DNA of 64,000 nucleotides from a virus. A program made the position numbers and the translations under genes. Positions 18,573-26,917 of this stretch are shown piece by piece. Under the pieces are notes generated by a model. It saw only the letters and a list, made by a program, of their open reading frames with translations, did not search any database and was not told the DNA's origin. The stretch spans positions 32,001 to 96,000 of IMG/VR virus record IMGVR_UViG_3300013947_000002, one strand, 5' to 3'. Positions within the stretch are counted from its first letter, which is position 1, and each line of letters opens with the position of its first letter.

Positions 18573-18805
18573 GACCTAGGGAAGCACCTATGAGGAGGGG
18601 GAGGTCGACCATGAGTTAAAGGCGTTTAACTGAATTACCAGCGGCTTCCAATCACCAGATTTTCCCAGCTATGCTTTAGCCAAGTGAAGCAATAAATCGA
18701 GGCGAAAAATCCTCACGCATATGACCTTACAATTTTTCACATTTTCCCCAGCAATATACAGTACATATACCTGCTCGGCGCGGCAAAAATCGAGCAGGGT
18801 TTTTT
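18573..18805 (+). ncRNA. candidate small RNA (~230 nt) from promoter to intrinsic terminator
   Basis: Only a 9-codon ORF. Hairpins GTTAAA/TTTAAC, GCTTC/GAAGC and GAGG/CCTC. Terminator cctgctcg...cgagcagg + GTTTTTT (18770-18805). Confidence 0.45.
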
Positions 18806-19533
18806 CGTGTACGCGTGTGTGGATTAGGCCAAGCGGATTTCCCCCAGTAATATATGCGTATATATGATTGCGGCGCGGCGCAGGGACGGCTCAGGACAGG
18901 CGTGGAGGCTCGAATCGACCGTGGGCATAATCTGCCTAGGGTGGATGTAAACATGGCTCAAATCGGCACGAGCTGGCTGTGGTGGCTATGATATAATCTT
19001 GACGTAATCTGCGCTTAAAACTCGCCTATCTCATATCGGCGCAAAAAGCAAAATCTTGTGTTATCCATTCAGAACTCGGAATAAATGACAACAACACATT
19101 ATTTTACGACGGAAAAATGTGTGAATGTATAAAAATCTCCTACGAAAAAGTGTCATATGTGTGTGAATATTCATATGAAAAATGTGATTAGTGCAACTTT
19201 CATACTAATATAAATCGTGATATGTGCAAGAAAGTATGGTGATGTATATATGCGCATTGCCGATAAATACATATATCTACGTCATGCGTATTGCTATCTG
19301 CATCATTTATGTGCATGATGATGTAGATGTATATGCATATGAATATGTGAATGGATATGCAGATGGATATATAACGTGTGTTATATATAGGTGAATATTT
19401 ATGTATGTACGAGCCGGAAATTTGAAATCCGTCTGCGAGATTGTATATATGAATGGAAAATCGAAACTCAAAATCGAGATTGATATTTTGCTTACATACA
19501 TACAAGCCCTAGAATTAAAATTGATTTTTCTAC

Positions 19534-19562
19534 TTGACAAATGAAATCAAATATGCTATATA
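19534..19562 (+). promoter_or_regulatory. sigma70-type promoter whose -10 is embedded in a (TA)8 run
   Basis: TTGACA 19534-39, 17 nt spacer, TATATA 19557-62. The TA run spans 19557-19572. Confidence 0.55.
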
Positions 19563-19603
19563 TATATATATACGAGCCACAGATTTGGAGAGGAGAAACG
19601 AAA

Positions 19604-20371
19604 ATGAAAAATGAGATTCGATATATCATTGCAGGAATTGGATTGGCTGTAATTGGATTTACTGCTTGTGGCGCATTTGTCTATCAGCAAATCAATGAAT
19701 ATAATGCCATGATGGATGAACGAGCCGCAAAATCAAAGCCGGTATCCTATTCAATTAAATGTGTGCCGATTGATGTACAAGAGCCGGTTGGCGCAACTGA
19801 AATCGAATATCTGCCATCCGATGATGATGATATAGGTATAGTCGAGATGGAGACTGTAGTCACCGAGGTTGAGCCTGAGCCTGAGCAGCAGATTGAAGAA
19901 TCAGAATCGGATTATGTCTATGTGCCGCCATTTCATTTGACAGAATACGAGACATGGTTTGTTGAATGTGTGGTAGCTGGTGAGGCTGCTGGTGAGCCGT
20001 ATAAGGGTAAACTGGCCGTTGCTCAGTGCTATTTTGACGCAATGCTGAAGGACGGCTTGTCAGCCACAGAAGTAAAATCGGCATATGGATATAGTGGCTG
20101 GAATGAAAATCTGGATAAGCAAGACCCCAAAGCATATGATGAGGTTAAAAATGCTGTAGCCGATGTGTTCTATGGCGGCAAATTTGTAACTGATAAACCG
20201 ATTTTATATTTCTATGCACCCGCATATGGTCGTAGTGATTGGCATGAAGCTCAGGAATATTGGAAAAGTATTGCTAACCATAAGTTCTTTTACCTTGCTG
20301 AAGATGTAAATGCAGAATGGACAAATATCCTCTTGACAAATGTAAATGAATATGATATGATTGAGCCGTGA
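19604..20371 (+). CDS. membrane-anchored SleB/CwlJ-like cell-wall hydrolase (possible lysin)
   Basis: ATG 19604 behind ggagaggag. N-terminal TM segment IIAGIGLAVIGFTACGAFV. C-terminus VVAGEAAGEPYKGKLAVAQC...ILYFYAP resembles the Hydrolase_2 pattern. Confidence 0.65.
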   Translation: MKNEIRYIIAGIGLAVIGFTACGAFVYQQINEYNAMMDERAAKSKPVSYSIKCVPIDVQEPVGATEIEYLPSDDDDIGIVEMETVVTEVEPEPEQQIEESESDYVYVPPFHLTEYETWFVECVVAGEAAGEPYKGKLAVAQCYFDAMLKDGLSATEVKSAYGYSGWNENLDKQDPKAYDEVKNAVADVFYGGKFVTDKPILYFYAPAYGRSDWHEAQEYWKSIANHKFFYLAEDVNAEWTNILLTNVNEYDMIEP

Positions 20372-20386
20372 GAGGTGAATTGAGAT

Positions 20387-20872
20387 ATGGATTTTGAGTA
20401 TATGAAAAAATGTTTCCCAAATTATACCTATAATATGTGGTGCGGTAATGAGCCAAAGAATCACGCGCCGTGCGTTAATGGCGATGAATTTGACAATTAT
20501 GAGGATATGTCAACGCCAAATCAGGGTTTCTGTCAGGCGTATCATGGCGAGTGCATCAATGGTGAATGGTCTTTTGAACCATATAGAATTTTCGTATCTA
20601 ATACGCGCCAATTCGATAATAATTATCATCTTGGTATCATGTATAATGTTGGCGATTTGGAATCGTATTGGCTCTATGAGAATTGGAATGGTAAATGCGA
20701 GCTTAAGACGACAACGAGTTGTAAGAAGTTACCTTATGTATCTGAATCCAAACTGCGCAGAATTTTGAATCCAAAGACAGAGCCTAAATCAATCGCATAT
20801 ACAATGTTTATCACTAAAGCAAGAGAGTTATTTGAGCTTGGAGATTGGAAAGGGGAATATAGAGATTTATGA
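20387..20872 (+). CDS. hypothetical protein
   Basis: Track ORF with SD gaggtg. Confidence 0.5.
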   Translation: MDFEYMKKCFPNYTYNMWCGNEPKNHAPCVNGDEFDNYEDMSTPNQGFCQAYHGECINGEWSFEPYRIFVSNTRQFDNNYHLGIMYNVGDLESYWLYENWNGKCELKTTTSCKKLPYVSESKLRRILNPKTEPKSIAYTMFITKARELFELGDWKGEYRDL

Positions 20873-21306
20873 TTAAATTAAAAGAGCCATATGTCTATTA
20901 TGATGACACAAACGATGTATTGTATATTTACGACGGAAAGACAGAGGTTGCGCAAATTGAACAGCCCCAATTTGATTTGAAATATGTCGCAGAATCACTT
21001 GGATGTGAGATAGAAAATTCGGCTGTTGTTAGTCAGAATCGAGAATTGGTCAAAATCGAACCATCTGGGATTTGTAGATTGTCTAAACCAGTTGCAGAAA
21101 TTGACGGTCGTCATGTTTTGTGGTATAGGTTTGCTGGTGAAGAATATAAGGTCGTAGAGGCTTTTACGGATGAGAATGGCGAATTTGTAATGTTTGACGT
21201 TGGGAATGTGGATTCAAATATAGTTGAGACCGTGTATTTTGTGAATGTGAAAGCTGAATGCTATCTGCGCGATTGCTTAATTGATGAGGGTGATAATGAT
21301 GATTGA
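20869..21306 (+). CDS. hypothetical protein
   Basis: ATGA-coupled track ORF. Confidence 0.5.
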   Translation: MIKLKEPYVYYDDTNDVLYIYDGKTEVAQIEQPQFDLKYVAESLGCEIENSAVVSQNRELVKIEPSGICRLSKPVAEIDGRHVLWYRFAGEEYKVVEAFTDENGEFVMFDVGNVDSNIVETVYFVNVKAECYLRDCLIDEGDNDD

Positions 21307-21679
21307 ATTTCTTGCTGATAATTATGAAGTCTGGAATGGGCATTTTATATTTCCGGATAAAGTGTATGAAAAATTACAACGTGTTCAGGCTTATTGCGAT
21401 GGGATTAAGCCGGTCGCATATTGTAGTGAGGCGATGGGCAAACTGATATTTGATATGAAATATGGAGATGAGCAAAAGAAATGGCAAGGATTTACTATTA
21501 GAATGGATAAGCGTCTTCCATTCTCTTATATCATCATATATTGCAAAAGAAAAAGTTGGAGAACGAAGAATCTTATTGTGTGGGATGAGGTTGTCCAATT
21601 TGGTGATTGCTCAGACAGAGAAAAAGAAACTGTCTCGCGCATTCTTTTGAGGAACCTGAAAGAGGGTGTTTGCTTATGA
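21296..21679 (+). CDS. hypothetical protein
   Basis: Track ORF. Start set at the ATG after gagggtg and uncertain by a few codons. Confidence 0.45.
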   Translation: MMIEFLADNYEVWNGHFIFPDKVYEKLQRVQAYCDGIKPVAYCSEAMGKLIFDMKYGDEQKKWQGFTIRMDKRLPFSYIIIYCKRKSWRTKNLIVWDEVVQFGDCSDREKETVSRILLRNLKEGVCL

Positions 21680-22065
21680 GCATTGAATTTTCTATTTCAT
21701 CTGGCATTCCCATTGCTATTTCTGGCGTAGGATATGTATACGATGAATACGACATTGAGATTGGTAGATTCTTAGTTGATTCTACATCAAGAATGAATGC
21801 GCCTCAATATTTCTTTTTGCATACACATGGTAATATTGACATATGGGAATCTGCTAATTATTTCGAAGATTGTATCCCAGAGCCAGATATGTTAGAATGC
21901 TTTACAGACAAAATCAAGATTGTAATGGATGTTATTAGCGCGGTCAATGTTGATTGGGTGATTGATGGATTTGAACTCCTCAAAGAAGGAGCTAAAATTG
22001 GTGAATTGACGTTTTGGTATTCTAAATGTGAGAAAGGAATATATAGGATTGAATCTAATGGATGA
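21676..22065 (+). CDS. hypothetical protein
   Basis: ATGA overlap; internal ATG of track ORF 21607..22065. Confidence 0.45.
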   Translation: MSIEFSISSGIPIAISGVGYVYDEYDIEIGRFLVDSTSRMNAPQYFFLHTHGNIDIWESANYFEDCIPEPDMLECFTDKIKIVMDVISAVNVDWVIDGFELLKEGAKIGELTFWYSKCEKGIYRIESNG

Positions 22066-22333
22066 TGGTGTTTATAAAATCCAAAATCTTGACGATGTTG
22101 AAATCAAAAAGATTGATGACGTTGATGCAGGATATATATATCCACTTAAGCGCGGCGACATCATTGACGTGTTCAAACCCGCTATCAAATGTAAATTGAA
22201 GCCAGACCAAATCTGGTCTGAATATCCTATGCTCAAATGCATCTCGCGTATTTATGAACGGCATAAGTGGTGGCAATTTTGGAAATGGGGCAAGGTGATT
22301 GGATATCAAATGATGTATATTGGAAAGGATTAA
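22058..22333 (+). CDS. hypothetical protein
   Basis: Track ORF; start uncertain (GTG 22028 or ATG 22058). Confidence 0.4.
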   Translation: MDDGVYKIQNLDDVEIKKIDDVDAGYIYPLKRGDIIDVFKPAIKCKLKPDQIWSEYPMLKCISRIYERHKWWQFWKWGKVIGYQMMYIGKD

Positions 22334-22350
22334 AAGGGAAAGAAATACAG

Positions 22351-22530
22351 ATGAAGATTGTAGTAGACGAAATGCCAGCCTATCCCTATGAATGTCGCAA
22401 TTGTTGTCTTGAAGGCGACATGGAATTTCATAATTGGGTATGTCTGGTTGGTGAAGAAAAGCACGTCTGTAAAAATGTAAAGGATTGCCCGTATTTTATT
22501 GGATTGGATGAGGTATTGAAAAATGATTGA
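22351..22530 (+). CDS. hypothetical Cys-rich protein
   Basis: ATG 22351. CRNCC...C..C pattern. Confidence 0.4.
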   Translation: MKIVVDEMPAYPYECRNCCLEGDMEFHNWVCLVGEEKHVCKNVKDCPYFIGLDEVLKND

Positions 22531-22711
22531 TTTTCTGCTACGCGCATTGTGGATATTTATTATTACAATTTTAGTATGTCTTGGATTTTTTGTTATATAT
22601 TTGGGTTGTTCTTGTGGAAGTTGGCTTGGATTATTTGCGATTCCAGCTTTGGCACTGATCATAGCCGGTATATTTGAAATAAATGATTGGGGGTATTGGC
22701 ATTGGCTATGA
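22523..22711 (+). CDS. small membrane protein (2 TM)
   Basis: Hydrophobic track ORF. Confidence 0.45.
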   Translation: MIDFLLRALWIFIITILVCLGFFVIYLGCSCGSWLGLFAIPALALIIAGIFEINDWGYWHWL

Positions 22712-22965
22712 CGGAGAATAAATTATTTGAATTACTAAAATCATACGACGAAGAATGCTGGACTATGGAACAAAAAGCAGATGGTAATTATCACATTATG
22801 TATAAGAGGCGCATGATAAACAATGATGGCTCAGATGCTGGTTGGCTATACACCGATGTTCCAAATGTAAGATTAAACAAGAATAACAAATGGGTCATCG
22901 AGTTGCCACGAGAAGATAGAATTGGAAGTCGAGCCGAACGTAGGAGAAAGCGAAATGAACAATAG
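22708..22965 (+). CDS. hypothetical protein
   Basis: ATG 22708 within track ORF 22687..22965. Confidence 0.45.
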   Translation: MTENKLFELLKSYDEECWTMEQKADGNYHIMYKRRMINNDGSDAGWLYTDVPNVRLNKNNKWVIELPREDRIGSRAERRRKRNEQ

Positions 22966-23182
22966 ACTTTCTGAATATCTTGAATCGTGCGATGACGAAG
23001 GAATGATCACATAGACTGCGGGATTTGACGAATGGTGGCGTATATGGTGTGACAAGTTAAATTTACCATACGACACATCATTTGAGGATTTCACGTTAGC
23101 ATTACAGCATTATCTATGGCCAAATGGTGTTTTATATCCTCTAAATAGAGCCGAACGCCGCAAATCAAAAAGAAAGAAATGA
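22955..23182 (+). pseudogene. 75-codon ORF interrupted by one in-frame TAG (23012-23014): nonsense allele or read-through gene
   Basis: Own translation MNNRLSEYLESCDDEGMIT*TAGFDEWWRIWCDKLNLPYDTSFEDFTLALQHYLWPNGVLYPLNRAERRKSKRKK. The 55 codons after the TAG contain no ATG, GTG or TTG. Confidence 0.45.
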
Positions 23183-23188
23183 CAACCT

Positions 23189-23764
23189 ATGTACGTCTTA
23201 TATAATCAAAAATATTATCTTATGCAAAACGCAATCGGACAGTGGATTCCAGCCGATAATCTAGCTGAGGCGTTCAAATTCAAAGACCGTATCAAAGCCG
23301 AAAATGCGCTTGCCAATTTACCAAAAGCAACACGCAATCTTGGCTATCAGATCAAGCAAATCGATGAGCCATCTAAACCCGTCGATATCGACCAGTTTGA
23401 AAATGTCGAATTGGTAAATTACGATTCAGCATTGGCACAAATTGGGGCATTCTGTGATTTGCATGACCAGCTTGTAGCAAGGGCGGCATGGGTTGAATAT
23501 AAGCTCAATGAGGTCGAAAACAAGATTCAGGATGTGCTACACGCCATTGAATTTAATAGCTATAATGCGCGAGATGGATATAAGATGTATAAGCTGCTAC
23601 ATGATTTGCGGCTCGAACGGCGCAGATACAAAGACGAGCAGATTATAGCAGACGTTACAACTAAGGGATTTGCCGGGTCAAATTGGGAAACAACTAAGAC
23701 CAGAGTGGACGATTTAAAGAATAGGAAATATCATGTAAGAAAAATGGAGGAGTTGTTTGAATGA
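23189..23764 (+). CDS. hypothetical protein (coiled-coil)
   Basis: Track ORF. Confidence 0.5.
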   Translation: MYVLYNQKYYLMQNAIGQWIPADNLAEAFKFKDRIKAENALANLPKATRNLGYQIKQIDEPSKPVDIDQFENVELVNYDSALAQIGAFCDLHDQLVARAAWVEYKLNEVENKIQDVLHAIEFNSYNARDGYKMYKLLHDLRLERRRYKDEQIIADVTTKGFAGSNWETTKTRVDDLKNRKYHVRKMEELFE

Positions 23765-23898
23765 CTGATATATTGTGGAATATTATTTCTCTTGCCGGTA
23801 CTATTGCACTTGCATTGGCAACCATTGGAACTTGTATTCTTTTAGCATGTGGTATAATTTGCATCATTCAGCAAGTCAAGGAGAAAATTAAGAAATGA
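23761..23898 (+). CDS. small membrane protein (45 aa)
   Basis: Own translation MTDILWNIISLAGTIALALATIGTCILLACGIICIIQQVKEKIKK, with ATGA overlaps at both ends. Confidence 0.4.
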   Translation: MTDILWNIISLAGTIALALATIGTCILLACGIICIIQQVKEKIKK

Positions 23899-24320
23899 TC
23901 GAAACAACGATTTATAAATGCGAATACTGTGGAGCGGAGTTTGATGATGAATATGAGGCGAATTGCCATGAATGGGTGTGTTGGTATGTCGACGTGAAGA
24001 AACGTGACGGTGGCAGCCTTAGATTTTATAAGGAAGATGGCACAGAAATCAAATTTGATGACCCTGGTTTCGTATGGGCTGAATTTGACGATGTGATGGC
24101 ATTTACAGTTGCTAATGATAGCGACGTAAAATTCGCTAAAGACTTCTTTGAATGGCATGGCTATAGCAATCCATTTCGAGCCATTGAGGACGATGAGCAT
24201 CCGAACTATTATGGTCTATGGTGGTTCGACCCAGATCTGCATTATGGTGGATGGGTGCGCGTAGACGACCAGATTAAAAAATGGGTAGATACTAAAAATA
24301 AATTTGTCAAAAGGGCTTGA
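23895..24320 (+). CDS. hypothetical protein
   Basis: Track ORF. N-terminal CxxC...CxxxxC. Confidence 0.5.
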   Translation: MIETTIYKCEYCGAEFDDEYEANCHEWVCWYVDVKKRDGGSLRFYKEDGTEIKFDDPGFVWAEFDDVMAFTVANDSDVKFAKDFFEWHGYSNPFRAIEDDEHPNYYGLWWFDPDLHYGGWVRVDDQIKKWVDTKNKFVKRA

Positions 24321-24345
24321 CATATGCGATTCTATATGGTATAAT
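24317..24345 (+). promoter_or_regulatory. sigma70-type promoter
   Basis: TTGACA 24317-22, 17 nt spacer, TGgTATAAT (-10 at 24340-45). Confidence 0.65.
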
Positions 24346-24375
24346 CCAATTATCAAATGAACGGAGATAACGATT

Positions 24376-24531
24376 ATGCTTAATACTTATTTCAAAATTG
24401 GCGATTATATTTGCCGCGTTGACCGCTATGACCGAGAAACTGGTCTGTGGGGATATCGTTGTGACGATGTACCTGTGTTCAATGGCTGGGCTTGTGAAAA
24501 ATTTATTGAGATGAATAAAATTTGTAGTTGA
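24376..24531 (+). CDS. small hypothetical protein (51 aa)
   Basis: Own translation MLNTYFKIGDYICRVDRYDRETGLWGYRCDDVPVFNGWACEKFIEMNKICS, with SD ggag. Confidence 0.4.
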   Translation: MLNTYFKIGDYICRVDRYDRETGLWGYRCDDVPVFNGWACEKFIEMNKICS

Positions 24532-24556
24532 CAAACAGCAAATCGTGTGGTATAAT
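24528..24556 (+). promoter_or_regulatory. sigma70-type promoter driving the leader + tRNA transcript
   Basis: TTGACA 24528-33, 17 nt spacer, TGgTATAAT (24551-56). Confidence 0.65.
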
Positions 24557-24653
24557 TAAGAAGCAATGAGGGAATTGGGAAGCCTGATTTGCGGCATTGT
24601 GAACCTCCTGAAAATATAGTCCTGAGCATGACGGTAAAACTGCTCGACAATAT

Positions 24654-24731
24654 GGTAGGGACGCCAATGTGGTATCGGCACCGCCCTTATAAGACGGAGA
24701 TAGTTTGGTTCGAATCCAACCCCTATCACCA
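24654..24731 (+). tRNA. tRNA-like gene, anticodon UAU (Ile, AUA codon), CCA encoded
   Basis: Hand fold. Acceptor GGTAGGG/CCCTATC (one G.U). 3 bp D stem with a GG loop. Anticodon stem CCGCC/GACGG (one C.A mismatch), loop CTTATAA. T arm TTGG-TTCGAAT-CCAA. Discriminator A + CCA. Imperfections lower confidence. Confidence 0.55.
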
Positions 24732-24764
24732 CGAAAAAATATAGATAATTAATGAGGCGATAAC

Positions 24765-25028
24765 ATGAAATTGTTCAAAGTATGGGTAGACAAGGTTGAC
24801 TATGACACCTATGATTCGTTTGTGTGTGTAGCAAATAGCGAAGAGGAAATTAGAAACAGTATCAGCGTAGATAGGTATAACAGTCGTGTTATACATTTGG
24901 ACGAGGGTGATGACAAGTATGAAACCTATGTCGCTTTTGAGGATTTTCAGGGCGAAATTCATATTGAAGAGGTAAATCTTGATGTAGATAAGCCATACAT
25001 TGTATGCGCAAGCTATAATGCTGGTTGA
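24765..25028 (+). CDS. hypothetical protein
   Basis: Track ORF. Confidence 0.5.
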   Translation: MKLFKVWVDKVDYDTYDSFVCVANSEEEIRNSISVDRYNSRVIHLDEGDDKYETYVAFEDFQGEIHIEEVNLDVDKPYIVCASYNAG

Positions 25029-25037
25029 GGTGATAAT

Positions 25038-25376
25038 ATGAGACTATATTTCGACATCGATGACTCTTGGTATGAGGGCTATGATAGTTATGATTTTAGA
25101 AAAGACATTGAGTCTGGAATTGTAGAATCGATCACTAATCGTCTATTGTCGGAAGACAAATACAGTTTCGCCGAAGAAGAGGCACGACAAATTGTTAAAG
25201 AAAACAAAACCGAGATTATTGATAAGGTAGTGCAGACAGTCAGTGCTACAATTCTCAAAAAACAAGAAATCAAATTGCTTGCGCCGTCTCTGTCTGAACT
25301 AAAAAATGCTGATGCTCAGGTTGTCAAATATTTTGAGGAAATGGTTGACAAGGCTATTGCTAAGAGGTTTAAGTAA
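25038..25376 (+). CDS. hypothetical protein
   Basis: Track ORF with SD gaggtg. Confidence 0.5.
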   Translation: MRLYFDIDDSWYEGYDSYDFRKDIESGIVESITNRLLSEDKYSFAEEEARQIVKENKTEIIDKVVQTVSATILKKQEIKLLAPSLSELKNADAQVVKYFEEMVDKAIAKRFK

Positions 25377-25377
25377 T

Positions 25378-25626
25378 ATGGAACAATCTCCGCTAAAAGC
25401 TATACGCGCCCACTGCATCGAATGTAGTTGTGGCTCAACCAGCGAAGTCAAAAATTGCGTCATCCGTGATTGTGAGCTGTGGCCGTTTCGCATGGGCAAC
25501 AATCCATTCCGTACCCGCTCAATGACCGATGAACAGAAGCAAGCTGCGGCTGAACGGCTCAAATCCGCTCGTCTCGCTAAAAAATCTTCATTAAATAATG
25601 TAGAAAATTCTGAACAAGAAGATTAG
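25378..25626 (+). CDS. small Cys4 zinc-finger protein
   Basis: ATG 25378 within track ORF 25306..25626. AHCIECSCGSTSEVKNCVIRDCELWPFRMG. Confidence 0.5.
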   Translation: MEQSPLKAIRAHCIECSCGSTSEVKNCVIRDCELWPFRMGNNPFRTRSMTDEQKQAAAERLKSARLAKKSSLNNVENSEQED

Positions 25627-25792
25627 TAAGGTAAGTTGTAGTGTAAATAATAAAGGAAATTTTATTGATTATTAGTGTATGAATCTTAACGATTGGATTT
25701 GTTTACTTGCTGGAATCGGCTATTCATTGTTTATGTTTGTGTGTGGTGCAGCATGGGCAAGCGACGTGTTGAAAAAATAATTAAAATACCTC

Positions 25793-25821
25793 TTGATAAA
25801 TAAAATCAAATGTGGTATAAT
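25793..25821 (+). promoter_or_regulatory. sigma70-type promoter driving a ~1 kb ORF-free transcript
   Basis: TTGATA 25793-98, 17 nt spacer, TGgTATAAT (25816-21). Confidence 0.65.
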
Positions 25822-25827
25822 TGAGAA

Positions 25828-26830
25828 TGTAAAGATGATGGTGCTACGAAGCCCACAGAGGACACTATCCATGGAGTGCCGAGCTGGGGAATACAGGAGC
25901 AGTAGTAAATGGAGTGAGATGAACAGCCATCATTATATGCCATATGAGGTCTTGAATGCGAATGAGCCAATGGCTGAAATTGCTCATCCAGATTTGGAGT
26001 AGTATTCAAGATATAACCTTAGCATTGCTCGTGCGAGAGGCAAGCCAAGCTAACTGCATATCCTACGTGGAATGTCTGTCTTGGATGGAAAAGAGCGAAT
26101 TAGGGAACGTGCGTGAGATAAATGAGAGAAGCATAAAAGCGGGTCACAGTCGTGTGAAAGACCGTAATGCCAAGTAGGGCGCACCAGTCAATCTGTTCGG
26201 CATAATAAAGGGATTGGGGTTGACGATTATAGAATGGCACATCGGAAAGACGATGATAATATCCGACCGGATTTGAAGATAACCGTCAAATCTATATCAC
26301 GCCTGCACTGGGGTCTGCGCAGAGTTTGAGAAGCGGCAGATACAGACTAGAGAATTGGGGTCGCGCCCAATCGTGCCACGTTAGCATCCATGCAAAAACG
26401 TAACGTCGAAGGTGATATAAGGATGTTATGTAAACAGCATTCACGAGCCGATGCTAGAAGTAGCTATGAGGTAGGAAGTCGGCTTGAGATTGAATATGGA
26501 AGTGTAAGCTAACTGGATAAACCTCGCCAATTTGGTGAGATTGCAAGTTCGATTCTTGTCACTTCTATTCCCCCACATCCATCACGCTTCTGTTTAGCAT
26601 TGCAAGCGTACCACGATGGATGTATAGAAAAGTCTAAAATCCTAGCTTTGTAAGGCTGAACACAAGAATTGGTCACTTGTGAACGGTCTAGTTTATAAGT
26701 TATAATGCTAGTTGCCGAATAGTTGAAAGCTGACCACCTGACGCTATGAGGCAGCGCTCGCCACACTCCCGATTTTAAGATGGTTGCGCAACTGTAAATT
26801 CAATTTAGCCTGAATTTGTAAGGAGTGTGG
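25828..26830 (+). ncRNA. candidate large structured non-coding RNA (~1 kb) with an embedded tRNA-like module
   Basis: No ORF with an SD. Visibly more G+C than its flanks. Helices include TTGGG-gtcgcg-CCCAA (26355-70), ACGTTA/TAACGT (26378-83/26401-06), AGCCGA/TCGGCT (26446-51/26479-84) and CCACACTCC/GGAGTGTGG (26771-79/26822-30). The 3' end is uncertain, and this could be a long 5' UTR of the HU gene. Confidence 0.45.
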
Positions 26831-26917
26831 CAATTCTATCAGGTCAATATGCGCATGAACATAGCGACTTGTTTTAATAAAATTTTATTAGAAATCGAAA
26901 GGAATTTATCAGGAACA

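Noticed and set aside
19200-19540. CRISPR-like or protein-coding repeats (track ORFs 19200..19505 and 19307..19540)
   Set aside because: There is no regular repeat-spacer periodicity. The ORFs are artefacts of ATG/TAT/TGT-rich low-complexity DNA and lack an SD.
26498-26567. A bona fide second tRNA gene
   Set aside because: Its anticodon loop is CAATTTG (A33, U37), its variable loop is 3 nt, its D arm is almost unpaired, and it has no CCA. I kept it only as a tRNA-like or attP candidate.
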